In this document: positions 36,814-40,249 of the stretch, one piece after another
Position numbering within the stretch: the stretch's first letter is position 1
Layout of the letters: each line of letters opens with the position of its first letter
From: an uncultured bacterium
Lineage (GTDB): Bacteria > Hydrothermota > Tepidihabitantia > Tepidihabitantales > Tepidihabitantaceae
Reading direction: 5' to 3'
NCBI GenBank assembly: GCA_964485845.1
Contig: CAZAKP010000005.1
Coordinates: 1-40,249 of the forward strand
Length of the DNA stretch: 40,249 bases
Made by a program: the position numbers and the translations under genes
The notes under the pieces: model-generated
Seen by the model: only the letters and a program-made list of their open reading frames with translations
What the model was told of the DNA's origin: nothing
The model's database searches: none

Positions 36814-38754
36814 CTACTCCTCCGCGGTCTTCAGCATCACGTGCTGCCGTTCAAGTTCCTCGGCCGAGGCCAAGAGGTTGCGCAGGTCCTGGTAATCGGC
36901 TACAGGGACCAGCGGAGCTCTGAGCCGGAACCACACCTCGTTGGTCAGGAGCCTGCCTTTGGCGCGGGTAGCCGACTTCGCTTCGAACTTGTCGAATGTC
37001 TGGATGAGCGAGTCGGGCGCGAGCACCGTTTTGAAGCCCTTGGGCAGCGTCAGGCGGTGAACCATGTGCCAGGCAGTGGTCGTATGGAAGTCGACGTCGT
37101 ACTTCCGCACCGGCATGGTCGAGGCCCAGGCGAGCGAGCTCGACGTGAACATGCCGCTGCCGGCCTTGGGCAGGGTGAAGCGGATTGTGGATTTCCGATT
37201 TGAGATTCCGGATTTGGGGGCGAGAACGGTGGCGAAGCCCGGTACCGTGAAGTGGAGCCTCAAGATGAGCGGCTGGCTCAGGTCGCGCGCATCCGTCATC
37301 GTCACCGTGTCGAGCCGGGCGCTCGGGCCGAAGACCCGCAGGTAGTTCTCGAGGCGCTGCTTCTGCTGCTTGGGCGGCAGACCGAGGGCCAGCCAGCGCA
37401 GGCTGAAGTCCTGACCACCGGTCGGGGTCAGCACGACGTTCCCCGAGAGCGAGCCATCGGCGGCAAGCGTGTCGTCGATGGCAACGTCCAACCGGTTCGA
37501 GTCCGCCGGGATCAAGGGAGTGTAGCGGAGGTCATCGCCGTCTTTGGTCGCGACGAGCACCCCGCGGTTCATCTCCGACGCCGCGAGATAAAGGCGCGAG
37601 TTCTCGGCGGTCGGGTCGAGGTAGTAGATAGTGCCGTCCGGGCGTTTCACCGCGACCGTCGCGTGGTTGAACTGGTCAACCGGCAGCTCGCCGTCGGTCT
37701 GCGACCCGCCATCGGTAAGGGTGATGTATGCGTCTACCCCGACGTGGCGCAGCATGCCGGCAAGCAGCGCGGCCTTGTCGCGGCAAACGCCGTAGCGCTT
37801 CTCGAACGTGAGGCTGATTTTTTCCGGCTGGTATCCGGCCTTCTTGCCCGAGTACGAGGTCTCGACGTAGCGGATGCGCTGGTTCACGAAATCGTAGAGC
37901 GCTCGGACTTTCGCTTCCTCGGTCGCGGCGCCGGTGGTGAGCGAGTCGATCGCGCGACCAAGGGTCGAGTCGACTTCGTACTGGGTAGAGCAGAGATTGT
38001 AGTACCAGCGCGACCACGTCTGCCAGTCGGGCTGGGTGCAGACGAGGAGGCGCGTCATTGACTCGCGGTAAGGCATCATCGGCTCATACACCGTCCTGGC
38101 CACGTCGTGCGCCGACCAGACCATGCGTTGGCGGCCGCCCTTCGTCGTGAAGCTCGTGTCGACGCTGCCGCCCTTTACCAGCCAGCGGAATTTCATCGTC
38201 GCCGGCGCGTCGATGGTGTATACCAGGTCGAGCGTCGGGTCGCCGCCACTGAAATACTGCTCGTTGTCGTACTGGCCCTCCATCACCGGGTTGAAAGTGA
38301 CGTCCTCGGTCACCCACTCGACCGACGAGCCGAGGGCGAGTCCGGGGAACTGGATGGACTTGACCCGCACGTTGGGCAGCACGAACTTCGATCCTTCCCA
38401 GAGCGGCGTCGGTACGTCGACGATCTCCTGCTTCGCGACGTTCGTGACCCTGCCGTCGGGCGCTATCACCCGGGCCAGCCTGACTTCGGCCTTTGAGTAG
38501 GTCAGGCAGTACTCATCCCAGGTCGTGGCGTACTGCTGCTTGCCCTGTTCGGTCAGGATCTTGACCAGCTTGTGCTCGCGCAGCACGCTCCGGCCGTCCG
38601 CCTGGAGCGTGATCAGAGTCGAGTCGAACACGACGACCGCATTCGCGTCCGGGTATCTGTCGAGCGTTATGCTCTTGAGCAGCTCGACCGGCGTCGCGAC
38701 CGCGGCGCCGGCGAGGAGCCCAAGTGCCGATACCAGCTTGATGATTCGAGTCAT
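36814..38754 (-). CDS. DUF3857 + transglutaminase-like secreted protein (paralogue 1)
   Basis: Signal peptide, FPGLALGSSVEW, and a Cys-His-Asp triad (GVCRDKA, FNHA, YLDPT). SD GGAG; promoter TTGACT(38806)-N16-TATATT(38779). Confidence 0.92.
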   Translation of the reverse strand: MTRIIKLVSALGLLAGAAVATPVELLKSITLDRYPDANAVVVFDSTLITLQADGRSVLREHKLVKILTEQGKQQYATTWDEYCLTYSKAEVRLARVIAPDGRVTNVAKQEIVDVPTPLWEGSKFVLPNVRVKSIQFPGLALGSSVEWVTEDVTFNPVMEGQYDNEQYFSGGDPTLDLVYTIDAPATMKFRWLVKGGSVDTSFTTKGGRQRMVWSAHDVARTVYEPMMPYRESMTRLLVCTQPDWQTWSRWYYNLCSTQYEVDSTLGRAIDSLTTGAATEEAKVRALYDFVNQRIRYVETSYSGKKAGYQPEKISLTFEKRYGVCRDKAALLAGMLRHVGVDAYITLTDGGSQTDGELPVDQFNHATVAVKRPDGTIYYLDPTAENSRLYLAASEMNRGVLVATKDGDDLRYTPLIPADSNRLDVAIDDTLAADGSLSGNVVLTPTGGQDFSLRWLALGLPPKQQKQRLENYLRVFGPSARLDTVTMTDARDLSQPLILRLHFTVPGFATVLAPKSGISNRKSTIRFTLPKAGSGMFTSSSLAWASTMPVRKYDVDFHTTTAWHMVHRLTLPKGFKTVLAPDSLIQTFDKFEAKSATRAKGRLLTNEVWFRLRAPLVPVADYQDLRNLLASAEELERQHVMLKTAEE

Positions 38755-39077
38755 TTTTTCTCCGTTTGGCCTGGGGTCAATATAGGCCGGGTTGTGACGA
38801 AGTCAAAGGCGCGCTGCGTTGTCGGGGCCGGCATCCGCTTACGAACCCGACCTCGCGGCTGCGGGAGCGGAGTACGCCGGAGCCCGGCGGCCACGCTGCA
38901 GCCCGGACGTTTTCGTTCGACTGGCGGCTGGACGGGAGGTCCGGAACCGGTGCGACATAGGACCCGGCATTCCGGCAGCGTCGCATCAGCGAGGCAGCCC
39001 GGCGGGCACGAACGCGATCGCGCCTCTTGGTAAGTAACAGCCGCATAAGCGGATAATTCGACACTCGGCGCATAGCC

Positions 39078-39104
39078 GGAATTGTCGCACTGGAATTGTC
39101 GCAC
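39078..39104. repeat. 13-bp direct repeat (candidate operator/enhancer)
   Basis: GGAATTGTCGCAC-T-GGAATTGTCGCAC just upstream of a -35 box. Confidence 0.7.
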
Positions 39105-39112
39105 CTGTGGGC

Positions 39113-39141
39113 TTGACGAAGGGATAGGGCTTGGTTATGAT
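39113..39141 (+). promoter_or_regulatory. sigma70-type promoter (leaderless)
   Basis: TTGACG-N17-TATGAT-N6-ATG. Confidence 0.7.
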
Positions 39142-39147
39142 AGACCG

Positions 39148-40249
39148 ATGGCGCAAGCCGCCACGTTCAAGACATCACAACTGATTGCTGACCGTTTTAA
39201 GGTGCTGTCATGGCTCGGAGGCGGCGAAGTCACCGAGACCTACAAGGTCAGGGATACGGTCACCAACCGGGTTCTGGCGCTGAAGACGCTCCGGGGCGAC
39301 GCCCCCAAGGTGACCGAGGCCCGGCTTGGCCGCGAGTTCTACTGGCTGTCGCGCTTCACGCACCCGGGCATAGTCGCAGCCCTCGACTACGGGGCCACCA
39401 CCGAGGGCAGACCGTACTTCACCATGGAGTTCGTCGACGGGAAGCCGATTAACGTCTTCTTCGGGAAGGGCTTCCGCCCCGAGCTGCAATCAGTGACGGC
39501 CCAGTTACTCGATGCACTGGACCGCGTTCACGCCCAGGGACTGATTCACTGCGACCTGAAGCCGCAGAACATCCTCGTGGTTGACCGGGATGGCTCCCCG
39601 CACGCCAAGTTGATTGACTTCGGTTTTGCCGGCCAGCCCGCGCTGTCCGACGAGGACACGGCACGCGGCACTCTTGGCTATGTCGCACCCGAGGTGCTCA
39701 AAGGCGTAGATGCCGACGCCCGCGCCGACCTTTACTCGCTGGGCCTCGTGCTGTACGAAGTTATCACCGGTCGCGGTCCGGGCGAAGAGAAGGACCTTCG
39801 CAAGTGGCTAAGAATGCAATACCTGTCCGAGTTCAAGCCACCCCGGGAGTTTGACGAGAGTATCCCCGAGGAGTTCGCCGCGCTGGTGATGTCACTGGTT
39901 CAGCGGGAGCCCGAACGAAGGCCAAGCTCGGCCGCGGCCGTCATTGAACAACTCACCCGCCCCGGGGCCGACGCGACAGCGGAGACCGGGCCGCCGGAGT
40001 ACCCGGTGGCGCCGGTATTTGTCGGTCGCACCGGCGAACTCGCCAGCCTCAAAGAGATGCTCGACAACGCAGCCAAAGGAAGGGCGGGCGCCGTCTGCAT
40101 CACCGGCGAGCGGGGAGTCGGCAAGAGCCGGCTGCTTTCCGAGTTCAAGTTCATGGCCCAACTTGAAGGCGCCACCATTCTGTCGTTCGAGCGGGCCTCG
40201 TCCGGTGCAGCAAGGCAGTCGCTCGTCAACAGGGCCCTCGAGTACCTAG
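39148..40249 (+). CDS. Hanks-type Ser/Thr protein kinase fused to an AAA (STAND-like) ATPase, truncated by the window end; absent from the ORF track
   Basis: Manual translation from ATG 39148 is open to the end: ALKTL, HCDLKPQN, DFG, GTLGYVAPE, DLYSLG, then FVGR..EL and Walker A GERGVGKSRL. Confidence 0.93.
   Translation, partial: MAQAATFKTSQLIADRFKVLSWLGGGEVTETYKVRDTVTNRVLALKTLRGDAPKVTEARLGREFYWLSRFTHPGIVAALDYGATTEGRPYFTMEFVDGKPINVFFGKGFRPELQSVTAQLLDALDRVHAQGLIHCDLKPQNILVVDRDGSPHAKLIDFGFAGQPALSDEDTARGTLGYVAPEVLKGVDADARADLYSLGLVLYEVITGRGPGEEKDLRKWLRMQYLSEFKPPREFDESIPEEFAALVMSLVQREPERRPSSAAAVIEQLTRPGADATAETGPPEYPVAPVFVGRTGELASLKEMLDNAAKGRAGAVCITGERGVGKSRLLSEFKFMAQLEGATILSFERASSGAARQSLVNRALEYL

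Noticed and set aside
39944-40249. 101-aa ORF at the window end
   Set aside because: It is an alternative frame within the kinase-AAA CDS starting at 39148.

Overview
GC-rich bacterial chromosome segment around the replication origin. Lineage is an inference: secreted proteins with FlgD-Ig/T9SS-like C-termini, a V/A-type ATPase and heptamer-repeat intergenic DNA resemble WOR-3-like candidate phyla. In order, the window holds: a partial tRNA-Glu; a PpiD/SurA-like chaperone; a GT-C glycosyltransferase; a membrane protein; a five-PAS protein with no output domain; a HAD phosphatase; a partial V-ATPase operon (C-F-A-B); an AT-rich oriC-like region beside dnaA (no dnaN or rpmH neighbours); hypF containing a perfect parS; two membrane proteins; a Thr/Ser dehydratase; a large secreted repeat protein; a sigma54-type promoter with a small membrane gene; an ORF-poor region with a candidate structured ncRNA; an M28 peptidase; a SAM riboswitch with metF-metH; a MYG1/DHH-like protein; a Myb/trihelix-like protein; a FabK/FabX-like flavoprotein; two DUF3857/transglutaminase paralogues; and a truncated Ser/Thr kinase-AAA protein. 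No CRISPR array, prophage, transposase or defence system was recognised. The most notable observations are: (i) a ~285-nt promoter- and terminator-bounded, multi-branched candidate ncRNA at 24091-24376; (ii) a window-wide preference for TTGAC-N16-TANNNT promoters, many apparently leaderless, two with uORFs coupled by ATGA overlaps; (iii) heptamer and palindromic repeats inserted in frame in genes. All motif and structure calls were made by eye, not by database search.
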